From contig CAJUQD010000010.1 in NCBI GenBank assembly GCA_910588105.1, positions 1,607 through 65,606 of the forward strand: a DNA stretch of 64,000 nt, given 5' to 3'. Each line of letters begins with the position of its first letter. Position 1 is the first letter of the stretch. Below the pieces are notes generated by a model. It worked only from the letters and a program-made list of their open reading frames with translations. It made no database searches and had not been told where the DNA came from. Positions 27,362-35,363 of this stretch are shown piece after piece. The DNA is from an uncultured Oscillospiraceae bacterium (GTDB taxonomy: Bacteria; Bacillota; Clostridia; Oscillospirales; Oscillospiraceae). A program made the translations under genes and the position numbers.

Positions 27362-28396
27362 CTATACGGTAATATGCGCGCTCAGCCACACCTGGTTGAG
27401 CCCGTGGGCCACGGTGAACGCGAATTCCACCAGGCACACGGTGGGGTCGCTGTCCAGCGCCGACACGGTCACGTCCTCATAGCCGTCGATGACCTCCCGG
27501 CCCACCCGCTTCTCCAGCTCCATCACCACCAGCGAGCGGATGGCCCCCCGGCTCTGGGGGGTGTTCTTGGCCCGGCTGAACTTGGCGCGCAGGGCGCTGC
27601 GGATGCCCGGTATCACCTCGTCCACCACTAGAATCGTACTCAGCTCCCGCCATGTGGCGTCCGCCGCCCCGCCGGTCTTGGTCCGGGTGGTGACGCCGCG
27701 CACCACGTAGCACGATCCCGCCAGCGTCTCCAGGGCTGTCACGCCCCCCTGCACCAGCAGGTCCACCTCCCTGTCGTCGTAGTTCCGCCCCAGGCCCTCC
27801 AGCCCATACAGCTGCGCGCCCCCCAGGGGCAGGGCCGGGTCGGAGCTCCCCGCCACGGCCCCGGCCACGGCGGCGGCGCACAGCGCCCCGCCGGATCCGT
27901 CCTCCATGCCGGGCGCCACCAGCACCATCCGCTCGCAGTTGAGCTGCGCGGCGCGCTGGGTGAGCTGTTCCACATCCTCGCCGTCCTCGCCGCCCACCAC
28001 GGCGATGCGCTCCCGCCGGGCGGCGGAGCACTCCAGAACCACGTCCTTCAGCGCCTGCTGCACCGCCAGCTCGGTGCTGTCGCACACCGCCACGTCCACA
28101 TCCTCCAGCGCCGCCATCACGGCGAAGGCCGCGTCGTAGTCCCCCCCGGCGGGTATGCCGTACACCATGCCCGCGCCGTTGCGGATGGCCGCCTGGGCCA
28201 TCCGGCTCAGGACGCAGTCCCCCACGTCCGCCGCCGCCCGGCTGTAACTGGTCCACTGGTAGCACTTCTCCAGCTCCGCCTTGTCCACAGCGGCCACCAC
28301 CGCCACATTGCCGCCCCCTGCGGCGGCGGCGGTGAGGCTGGACGCCTCATAGGAGGAATACACCCCCGGTCTCTCATGCTTGGTCACCGCGCTCAT
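27362..28396 (-). CDS. contractile tail sheath protein
   Basis: N-terminal HERPGVY; L..GGV..L, VVRGVTT, WRELSTILVVDEV...IR and C-terminal VEFAFTV; 344 aa. Confidence 0.9.
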   Translation of the reverse strand: MSAVTKHERPGVYSSYEASSLTAAAAGGGNVAVVAAVDKAELEKCYQWTSYSRAAADVGDCVLSRMAQAAIRNGAGMVYGIPAGGDYDAAFAVMAALEDVDVAVCDSTELAVQQALKDVVLECSAARRERIAVVGGEDGEDVEQLTQRAAQLNCERMVLVAPGMEDGSGGALCAAAVAGAVAGSSDPALPLGGAQLYGLEGLGRNYDDREVDLLVQGGVTALETLAGSCYVVRGVTTRTKTGGAADATWRELSTILVVDEVIPGIRSALRAKFSRAKNTPQSRGAIRSLVVMELEKRVGREVIDGYEDVTVSALDSDPTVCLVEFAFTVAHGLNQVWLSAHITV

Positions 28397-28896
28397 TCCA
28401 TTCTCCCCTTCACTTCAAAGTCGGTAAACGCGCCTGTATCCCCGTCCGCCCGGGCGGTCAGCCACGCCCCGCACCGGCAGGCCACCTCCTGGCGGTACAG
28501 TCCGTCCCGTTCCAAAAACTCCACCCGGCCCATCCGCACCTCCAGGGCGGGCAGGCCCGCCGCACCCCGCCACGCCAGGCACTCCACGGCGGCCTCCGCC
28601 GCTTTGCGGCAGGCGTCTCCGCCCCCGTCCCTGGGCGCGAAGATATCCAGCGCCAGCGTCAGCTCCGCCCGGCGCCCAAAGACCTCCCCCTCCCGGCCGG
28701 TCTCCGGGTCTTTGCCCACGCCCAGGTAGTCCTGGAACCCGCCGGACGCGCACGCCACCTTGCTCACGGCCACCGCCGCCACCGCCTCCCGCCACCGGGC
28801 AGCGGCGGCGCAGTCCATGGCGGCCACGGCGTTCAGCCCAGCCTGCCGCAGCTGCTCCGCCACACCGTCCCGCCACGCGTTCAGCGCCCCGTTCAC
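28393..28896 (-). CDS. putative tail terminator/completion protein
   Basis: 167 aa before the sheath; GTGA and ATGA coupling; call based on position. Confidence 0.5.
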   Translation of the reverse strand: MNGALNAWRDGVAEQLRQAGLNAVAAMDCAAAARWREAVAAVAVSKVACASGGFQDYLGVGKDPETGREGEVFGRRAELTLALDIFAPRDGGGDACRKAAEAAVECLAWRGAAGLPALEVRMGRVEFLERDGLYRQEVACRCGAWLTARADGDTGAFTDFEVKGRME

Positions 28897-29228
28897 GGCC
28901 TGTTCTCCCCGCAGGGCCGCAGCGCCATCCACAGGTGGGTGACCTGTCCGCCCACCCAGATGGGCCGCACCGTCATCACCTCATAGCGCCCGCCGCCCCA
29001 TTCCAGCCAGCCTCCCGGGCCGGTCCGGTCCAGGGGCAGCCCCGGCTCGGCCAGCCCCAGGAAGCGATCCTGGGTATAGCTTCCCAGCGCCCCGGCGGTG
29101 TACTGCCAGTCGGCGCGGGTCATGGGCTGGACAATGGCCATACCCCGGCCCGCCTCGGTCCCGTCCTCCCGGCAGCACACCATCTCCTGCCCATAGGTCT
29201 TGATGACCCACTCAAACGCCTCGATCAA
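28893..29228 (-). CDS. putative head-closure/stopper protein
   Basis: 111 aa; G..LEWGGGRYEV..V beta pattern typical of head-closure proteins; position. Confidence 0.5.
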   Translation of the reverse strand: MIEAFEWVIKTYGQEMVCCREDGTEAGRGMAIVQPMTRADWQYTAGALGSYTQDRFLGLAEPGLPLDRTGPGGWLEWGGGRYEVMTVRPIWVGGQVTHLWMALRPCGENRP

Positions 29229-29572
29229 CCTTCCACCCCCCGAAACACAAACCCCTCGTCCTTGAGGAACGGCCCCATGAGCTCAAGGGCCTTCCGGGCC
29301 AGCGTCCCGCCGCCCCCGGCCTCCCTTCGCACTGAGATATCCCCCGCCGACAGGGCGGTGACACCCTCCAGCCCCCGGCCTTCCCGTAGCCAGTCCATGG
29401 CCAGCCACGCCGCCGCCAGGGGGTAGGCCCCCCGGCAGTCCTCCGCCGTGAGGCCGTCCTTCAGCCTCCGGTCCAGCGCCTGGCAGGCCGCCGCGCACAG
29501 GGTGCGCAGCGCCTCTTCATCCTGTCCCGCGCCCCCCAGGGCCTGGACCAGCTCCAAAACCTGTTCCGTCAT
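29225..29572 (-). CDS. putative head-tail connector/adaptor
   Basis: 115 aa, helical, with a VTALSAGDISV hairpin as in gp15/gp6-like adaptors. Confidence 0.55.
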   Translation of the reverse strand: MTEQVLELVQALGGAGQDEEALRTLCAAACQALDRRLKDGLTAEDCRGAYPLAAAWLAMDWLREGRGLEGVTALSAGDISVRREAGGGGTLARKALELMGPFLKDEGFVFRGVEG

Positions 29573-29585
29573 GCCGCCGCGCCCC

Positions 29586-30455
29586 CTAAATGAGAAACGC
29601 CCCGTCGCCCCTGCCGCCCGGGGCGTCCTCCCGGCGGTAGCCCAGCTGCGCCTCCGGCGCCAGCAGCTTGTCCGCCCTGCCCCGGTACAGCTTGATGAGC
29701 CCCAGCAGCTCCTCCTCGTCCAGCTTGCCGGCCACCTTTTCCAGCAGGGCATGGCCCGCGCCCTGTTCGGCGATGCCCGCCAGCCGCACCAGCTCCCGGC
29801 GCAGGCTTTTCAGGTACTTCCGCCCCAGCCGGGCTTCCGCTTCCGTCCGTCCCCCGGCGCTTTTGATGACCCCCGCCTTCCGCTGGGCGGGCACCGCCAC
29901 GAAGGACCACTCATAGGCGTCGGACGCCCCGGTGAGCACCCCGCAGCACAGCTGTCCGCCGTACTCCTCCCCCTTCTCGTGGGGGCAGGAATCCAGCTCC
30001 CCGCCGCACACGGAGCACAGCACCCTGTCCACCGCGCACCCCACGCTGACCTCCCGCTTGATCCCCCCGTCGATCTCGGCGATGAGGGCGGCGTTCTCCT
30101 GGGTGCGCATCATGTACGCCCACCCCTTCAGGTAGCGGCAGGGCCGCCCGTCGGAGGTGAGCGTCCCGTCCCCGCCCACCACCTGGGTGCGGTAAATCCG
30201 GGCCGTCTGCCCCCGGGCGGACCACTGGTGGTCGAATACCCCGGCCACCCCCACGAACAGGGGGGCCAGCTGGTCCAGCGTCTCGTCGCCGAACCGCTCG
30301 AAATCCCGGTCTATGTCGTTGTCGCACAGCCGCAGGGCGAAGGTGTACACCTCGTCCGCCCCCAGCTCCCTCCGGCTCAGGGCGTTGATGAGGGCCAGCT
30401 CCTCCCCGTCCGGCGTGCCGATCCCTTTGACCGCCGCGTCCTTACAAATTTCCAT
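29586..30455 (-). CDS. prohead protease-like protein
   Basis: DNDIDRDFERF, FDH, EVSVGC and YEWSFVAVPAQ resemble HK97/herpes-type maturation protease motifs. Confidence 0.7.
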   Translation of the reverse strand: MEICKDAAVKGIGTPDGEELALINALSRRELGADEVYTFALRLCDNDIDRDFERFGDETLDQLAPLFVGVAGVFDHQWSARGQTARIYRTQVVGGDGTLTSDGRPCRYLKGWAYMMRTQENAALIAEIDGGIKREVSVGCAVDRVLCSVCGGELDSCPHEKGEEYGGQLCCGVLTGASDAYEWSFVAVPAQRKAGVIKSAGGRTEAEARLGRKYLKSLRRELVRLAGIAEQGAGHALLEKVAGKLDEEELLGLIKLYRGRADKLLAPEAQLGYRREDAPGGRGDGAFLI

Positions 30456-31590
30456 TCTTCCCCTCCTCAATGGCCCGCGCCTGGGCCCGGTAAAGCGCCG
30501 CCCTGGCCTCGGACTCCTCGTCCTGGAGGTTTACGTCCAGCCAGTCCACCTCCACCTGGTCGTCATACCCCTTCAGCCGCAGCCACCACTCGCAGATGCG
30601 CTCCACCACCGGCTCCAGGCTGCGCCGGATGGCGGCGATCTCGCTGGTGAGTATGTCGGCCTGCTGTGCGCTCATCCGCTCGGTGGACGACCAGCTCAGC
30701 CCCAGCAGGAAGGGGGGTATGCCCGTCTTGGCCACCAGCTGCTCCAAAATCTGCCGCACCGGGACCTCGCTGTCCAGCACCTGGCTGTCCGCCCCGATGG
30801 CGCGTATCTCCACGTCCCCGGCGCACACAAAATCCCGCACGGTCCCGTCCCTTCCCGCCTGCATGGCGGCGCTCCACTCCCGGGCCACCTGGGCGCACCG
30901 CTCCTGGGCGGCCCCGTCCTCGCCCTTGCACACCACGGCAAAGCGCACATTGCCCGTCCGCTCCCAGTTCTTGCCCACGGCCTGGAAGATTTTCACCAGA
31001 ATCTCCGCCAAAAACGGCATGGAGCGCAGCATGGAAACGCCGTAGGGCGCGCCGGTCTCAGGCTGGTGGGGGGTGAACAGCAGCAGTCCCTGCCGGGGCA
31101 GCTCCCGCGCCGTCCCGCCGCTGTCCCGCAGGCACAGCGCGAAGTCCAGCGGGCTGTCCCCCTCCTTGATTTCGATGCGGTCCACATCGCCGCACAGCAC
31201 CGCGGCGATGTCCCGCCCGTCGGGGCTGGGGATGATCTCGCCCACCGCCCTGCCGCACACGAGCATGGAATCCAGGTACTGATCCAGGAAGGCCTGGAGG
31301 CCCCGCTGGCCCCGCCCCACGCTCACCGTGCGCACAAACCGGTCCAGCCCCTCCTGGGCCTTCCCGTCCCGGCAGACGACCCGCAGCCCACCGCACAGCC
31401 GCACCAGCTTGCCGATGGCGGCATCCACCACGGGGACTGCCTCCCGGACGGCTCGGTACAAGGCCGTCTCCCCCCTGCCCAGGGGGATATACCCGTCCAA
31501 CTGGATAAATGGGTGGCGGCCGGTGTCCCGGAGCTGGGCGGCGGCGGCCGCCATCCCCCACTCCTTTCTTTTCCGCACCGGCAGCCCCAT
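30442..31590 (-). CDS. putative portal protein
   Basis: 382 aa; YGVSML, KTGIPPFLLG and D..MLVCG.AVGEI portal-like motifs; TGATG coupling to the capsid gene (alternative start 31554). Confidence 0.7.
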   Translation of the reverse strand: MGLPVRKRKEWGMAAAAAQLRDTGRHPFIQLDGYIPLGRGETALYRAVREAVPVVDAAIGKLVRLCGGLRVVCRDGKAQEGLDRFVRTVSVGRGQRGLQAFLDQYLDSMLVCGRAVGEIIPSPDGRDIAAVLCGDVDRIEIKEGDSPLDFALCLRDSGGTARELPRQGLLLFTPHQPETGAPYGVSMLRSMPFLAEILVKIFQAVGKNWERTGNVRFAVVCKGEDGAAQERCAQVAREWSAAMQAGRDGTVRDFVCAGDVEIRAIGADSQVLDSEVPVRQILEQLVAKTGIPPFLLGLSWSSTERMSAQQADILTSEIAAIRRSLEPVVERICEWWLRLKGYDDQVEVDWLDVNLQDEESEARAALYRAQARAIEEGKNGNL

Positions 31591-32600
31591 CAGACGCTGA
31601 GCACCCGGCTGGCGTCCTCAAAGATCTTGGCGTAGCCGGATATGGTGGTGATGGCGGCCCGCTCCATCTGCCGGTCGATGAGCTTGTCGTACTCCACCAT
31701 CACGTCGCCCGCCTTGACCATCTCCAGGGCGTAATTTTTGTCCAGGCCGATGATCTTGCCCACGGGCACGGCGGAGGTGCGCAGCACCTTGGCCCCCAGG
31801 GGGGTGATGAGCCTGCCAGTGCCGTGGAAGTCCAGTCCGGCGGCGGCGTCCTGCATCTGCCGCAGGGCCAGCAGCATGGGCATGGTGTCGGCGCCCACCA
31901 GCAGGGTGTTGAGCTGGTAGGGCTCGAAGCTGTTCCAGAATGCCAGCAGATCTTTATAGGCCAGTGTGCCCGCCGTCTCCACAGCGCTGGCCTGGGCGGG
32001 GTTGCCGTTGCCGTCGCCGTTGACGATCACGTTGATGGCGTCCTCCAAATGCATCCGTCCGATCTGCGCGCCGATCTGCCGCAGGGTAACGGAGAACAGG
32101 TCCAGCTTCTGGAAGCGGATGGCCTCATAGGAGGCCACCAGCATCCGCCCCCGCTTGTGGAGCTTGACCAGGCTGTCCCGGGTGCGCACGGTGGTCTGGG
32201 GGATGGCGGCCCCCTCGGCCACCTGCTTGAGCTGCTTCTCATCCTCGGGCGCGGAGGTGATGGAGCGGTAGTCCATCCCCTCGATGAGGGTCTCGGTGGC
32301 GGTGATGTCGGGGAGGATGTTGGCCTCCTCCATGCCCACCTTCACCGCCCGGGCGATGTACTCGGGGAAGAGCACCGCCGACTGGGAGGTGGAAAAGAAC
32401 TTGTCCACCAGGTCGGACCCGGCCCCCTTCACCCGGATGTCGAAGCGCTTGAGCTGCCGCTGGTAGGCGTCCAGCCCCTCCATCGCGGTGCCCCGGTACT
32501 GCTCGCTGGGGTCCAGCTTCTCCAGCACCTGGGTAAAGGACCTGCCCGCCTCGTGGTACATGCCCTTTTCCAGCTTTACGTTGTCAAATCTCTGCGCCAT
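31590..32600 (-). CDS. major capsid protein (HK97-fold)
   Basis: 336 aa; VAEGAAIP...VKLHKRGRMLVASYEAI E-loop/spine pattern; AAAGGAGG RBS. Confidence 0.85.
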   Translation of the reverse strand: MAQRFDNVKLEKGMYHEAGRSFTQVLEKLDPSEQYRGTAMEGLDAYQRQLKRFDIRVKGAGSDLVDKFFSTSQSAVLFPEYIARAVKVGMEEANILPDITATETLIEGMDYRSITSAPEDEKQLKQVAEGAAIPQTTVRTRDSLVKLHKRGRMLVASYEAIRFQKLDLFSVTLRQIGAQIGRMHLEDAINVIVNGDGNGNPAQASAVETAGTLAYKDLLAFWNSFEPYQLNTLLVGADTMPMLLALRQMQDAAAGLDFHGTGRLITPLGAKVLRTSAVPVGKIIGLDKNYALEMVKAGDVMVEYDKLIDRQMERAAITTISGYAKIFEDASRVLSV

Positions 32601-32632
32601 CAATAGCCCTCCTTTGATGTGTCCCGTGTTGT

Positions 32633-32768
32633 TGTCACGCTGCGATGCGGCCAAGCCGCTCGCTCGCTTTCCCTCCGTCTCGGGCAAGGCACGGCCCAGC
32701 CTCGTTGTGCCTGGGCCCCCGCCCTCGCTCCGCTCCAAGCTCCCTCGCTGTCCGCCTCTCCGCGCTTC
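32633..32768. repeat. family A repeat copy inside the phage-like operon
   Basis: tgtcacgctgcga...gctttccctccgtctcgggcaa...ctcgctccgctccaagc...ctccgcgcttc. Confidence 0.85.
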
Positions 32769-33116
32769 TCACAGCTTGACGACGGCGGTTTTATCGTCCT
32801 CGTCCACCGCCAGCACCAGCCACTTCACCCCGCCGGCGCTCACGGTCTTCACGCCGCCCTGGCCGTCGCAGGCGAGGCTCTGCCAGCCCGCCGGCAGGGT
32901 ATCGCCGGACCAGCCCACCTTGGCCGCGCCGCCGATCTGCACCGCCGCCGCCCCGCCCCGCGCGCCGCCCAGCGCCACGCCGCAGGGCGGGTCGCCGTCC
33001 TCGCCCAGTCCCACGGTGCCGCTCCCCGTGAGCGTCACCGCCATACCCGGCCCGATCCCGCTTTCCGCCCGGAACGTGGCGGCCGTCTGGCCGATGCCCT
33101 CGAAACAGATATCCAT
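32769..33116 (-). CDS. putative capsid decoration/cement protein
   Basis: 115 aa, Gly/Ala/Val-rich beta protein directly upstream of the capsid gene. Confidence 0.5.
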   Translation of the reverse strand: MDICFEGIGQTAATFRAESGIGPGMAVTLTGSGTVGLGEDGDPPCGVALGGARGGAAAVQIGGAAKVGWSGDTLPAGWQSLACDGQGGVKTVSAGGVKWLVLAVDEDDKTAVVKL

Positions 33117-33180
33117 ACTTCATTCTCCTCTCGTCTGCAAAATATCTATGGAAACCCCCTTCCGGGGGAGTTTCCCCCTC

Positions 33181-34413
33181 CTAAAACACCCGCCGTTCCA
33201 CAGCCAGGGCGGCGCTCCCCCCGTCGGAGTCCAGCGCCATCACGAAATAGCGGATATCGTCCATGGCGTGGTCATGTTCCTTTCTCACCCGGTCCTGGCC
33301 GTCCTCCTCCCAGCGGTACAGCCCGAACTCCCTTGCCGCCGCCTGGCACCCCCGGCAGATCACGATTTTCCCGCTTTTCAGCGCCTGGGCGGTGCGCCGT
33401 ATGCCCTCCGATATTCGGTTGTCCGCCCGGCGCACCCGCCAGCCCTCCCGCCGCAGCGCCTCAATAAAGCTGGCTGCCGACGGGTCTACGATGACTATTT
33501 CAATGCAACGCCCCCCGGCCAAATTTTTCAAATCCTCCGCATATTCCCCGTCGGTTTTCTGCCGTCCCCGCTCCCTGGCGTCGTAATAGAACTCCTTCAC
33601 TCTGTACCAAATCCCATCCATTTCCCCCCAAAGTCCAAAGGAAGCCGGGTTTCTGGTTCCATAATCGCAGGAGATCCGCCATCTGGTGAACTCTCCCTCC
33701 GGCGCCGGCTCCATGGCGTCCCGGTCGAAGAAGTCATATACCAGCCCTTCCGCCGCCGTCCACTCTCCCAGCACATACCGCCGGTAAAACGTCCCCTGGA
33801 ACATCCGCCCATACCGCTCCCGCACCTTGGGGGACAGCCCCGGGTTGTCCTCCATGGCAAAGCGCAGGTAGAGCGCCCGCTTTTCCTCCGCCTTGCAGAT
33901 CCACTCCCGGTAAAACCAGTGCTCCGGCCCGGCCGGGTTGCAGGAAAACCACACCTTGCCGCCCTGCACGGAGCACCGGGCGCAGGCCTGCTCCACAAAG
34001 GAGCGGGGCATCAGCGCCGCCTCGTCCAGCAGAATCCCAGCCAGCGTCACCCCCTGGATGGAGGCGCAGCTCCCCTCGTCCCCCCCGCCGTAGAGGTAGA
34101 ACAAATTTTCCCGTCCCCCGCCCCGGAGGAGCACCTCGTTCCGGCTTATTTTTTCCTCCCACCGAAACCCCAGCCCCTCCAGCACAGGCCGGGCCTGGGC
34201 CAGCAGGTTGCGCCGCACTCCGTTGATGGACGCCGCGCACAGGCCGAACCTCTGCCTCTGGAACCGGGCCATGGCCCACAGGAAGAAGGACACACTCAAG
34301 GCAAAGGTCTTGCCGGAGCGCACCGCCCCGTCGCAGATGACGGCGTCCATCCCGTCCTGTCTCCACCAGTCCAGCACCTGCCGCTGTTTCGGGGAGAATT
34401 CCACCCTTTTCAC
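33181..34413 (-). CDS. terminase large subunit (PBSX/Terminase_3-like)
   Basis: Q-motif FSPKQ, Walker A GAVRSGKT, Walker B GILLDEA, motif III SCNP, nuclease DYG..NP, DPSA, DHAMDDIRY. Confidence 0.93.
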   Translation of the reverse strand: MKRVEFSPKQRQVLDWWRQDGMDAVICDGAVRSGKTFALSVSFFLWAMARFQRQRFGLCAASINGVRRNLLAQARPVLEGLGFRWEEKISRNEVLLRGGGRENLFYLYGGGDEGSCASIQGVTLAGILLDEAALMPRSFVEQACARCSVQGGKVWFSCNPAGPEHWFYREWICKAEEKRALYLRFAMEDNPGLSPKVRERYGRMFQGTFYRRYVLGEWTAAEGLVYDFFDRDAMEPAPEGEFTRWRISCDYGTRNPASFGLWGEMDGIWYRVKEFYYDARERGRQKTDGEYAEDLKNLAGGRCIEIVIVDPSAASFIEALRREGWRVRRADNRISEGIRRTAQALKSGKIVICRGCQAAAREFGLYRWEEDGQDRVRKEHDHAMDDIRYFVMALDSDGGSAALAVERRVF

Positions 34414-34730
34414 GCCCCGTCACCGTCCTTGTCCCGGTACAGTCCGTCCAAAAAGTCCTCCAGCGCCCCTCCATGCCCCTCGTCCAGTACCTCCCGGAGC
34501 ATGGCCAGCACCCGCACCTTGTCCACGAACTTGGCCTCAAAGGTTCCGTTGGCGTTGCGCCTGAGCTCCACCACCCCGGACAAATCCAATGCGTCCACCT
34601 TGTCCGCCTCTTCCCCGTCCAGGAAGGCCAGCTTGACCACATCGTTGTTTTTCCACTTCGCAAGCCTGCGCAGCTCGTCCATCAGCTCCTGCCGGGCCCT
34701 GCGCTCCTCGGATTTTTTCTGCGTACCCAT
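34410..34730 (-). CDS. putative terminase small subunit (short)
   Basis: 106 aa; GAGGAGG RBS; GTGA overlap with terL; ELRRLA..KLAF..KFVDKVRVLAML resembles the TerS oligomerisation part. Confidence 0.55.
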   Translation of the reverse strand: MGTQKKSEERRARQELMDELRRLAKWKNNDVVKLAFLDGEEADKVDALDLSGVVELRRNANGTFEAKFVDKVRVLAMLREVLDEGHGGALEDFLDGLYRDKDGDGA

Positions 34731-34792
34731 TTCCAGCCTCCTCGCACCCCAGCCAAACACCCGTTTGGTTGCCTGTCCCAGTGCAAGGCACA

Positions 34793-34826
34793 AAAAATTC
34801 CGGGGCAAAATTTCTGCCCCGGAATC
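34793..34826 (-). terminator. terminator between the GNAT gene and the phage-like operon
   Basis: attccggggca...tgccccggaat followed by TTTTT on the minus strand. Confidence 0.8.
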
Positions 34827-34870
34827 CAATCCGGCAAATCCGTATTGACCACCCTAGCCGGGCAGCCGCT

Positions 34871-35356
34871 TCAAACCTCTTTATATAACAGCCAAAAGCA
34901 AGGACACGTTCTCGGCCGCATCGCTTCGTCCCTGTCGCAAGGATCCTCTGTGCACTCCTTCCCCTTTCCTGTAAAACCGAGCCGCCTGTAGAAACGGATA
35001 TTCGCCGCGTCTGTGGCGTCAACCCCAATTGATATCCTCTGATACCCCAAATCCTTGATATGCTCCACCACCCGGCGGATCAGCTTCGTCCCCAAACCCT
35101 GGCCCCGGAGTTCCTTTTTCACCCGAAACGCGCAAAGATACGCGGTCCCCTCGCCGTCCGCGAAATCCTTGTCCTCCAGCTCAAAGAAAACATATAGTTC
35201 CCCAACCAGCTCCCCGCCACAGTCAATCGTCCAAAATTCAGCATTTCCTCTTTTTATTTGCCCATAAAAAAATTTCGCGTTGGGGGAAGCGGTATGAATA
35301 CTCTCATATCCCCACAGCTCCAACAGCTCCTCCCCTGCCGCCTTTCTCATCCTCAT
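34871..35356 (-). CDS. GNAT-family N-acetyltransferase
   Basis: RGQGLGTKL acetyl-CoA motif, N..FYRRLGF; lower GC than its neighbours. Confidence 0.85.
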   Translation of the reverse strand: MRMRKAAGEELLELWGYESIHTASPNAKFFYGQIKRGNAEFWTIDCGGELVGELYVFFELEDKDFADGEGTAYLCAFRVKKELRGQGLGTKLIRRVVEHIKDLGYQRISIGVDATDAANIRFYRRLGFTGKGKECTEDPCDRDEAMRPRTCPCFWLLYKEV

Positions 35357-35363
35357 GGGCCTT

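Larger units (their letters stand above)
21393..34730 (-). other. phage-derived head plus contractile-tail operon with no integration, replication or lysis genes (GTA/PBSX-like candidate)
   Basis: About 20 co-oriented, mostly translationally coupled virion genes bounded by terminators; see the individual CDS entries. Confidence 0.85.

Noticed and set aside
21393..28396. Tailocin, eCIS or T6SS
   Set aside because: Terminase, portal, protease and capsid genes are present and intact; there is no AAA ATPase, membrane complex or fibre gene.
32601..32738. N-terminal extensions of the capsid ORF (also the rlmH, rqcH and murA ORFs in the track)
   Set aside because: The extensions translate repeat or intergenic DNA; RBS-supported starts lie downstream.
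21393..34730. Intact autonomous prophage
   Set aside because: No integrase, repressor, replication or lysis genes, no att sites, and host-like composition.
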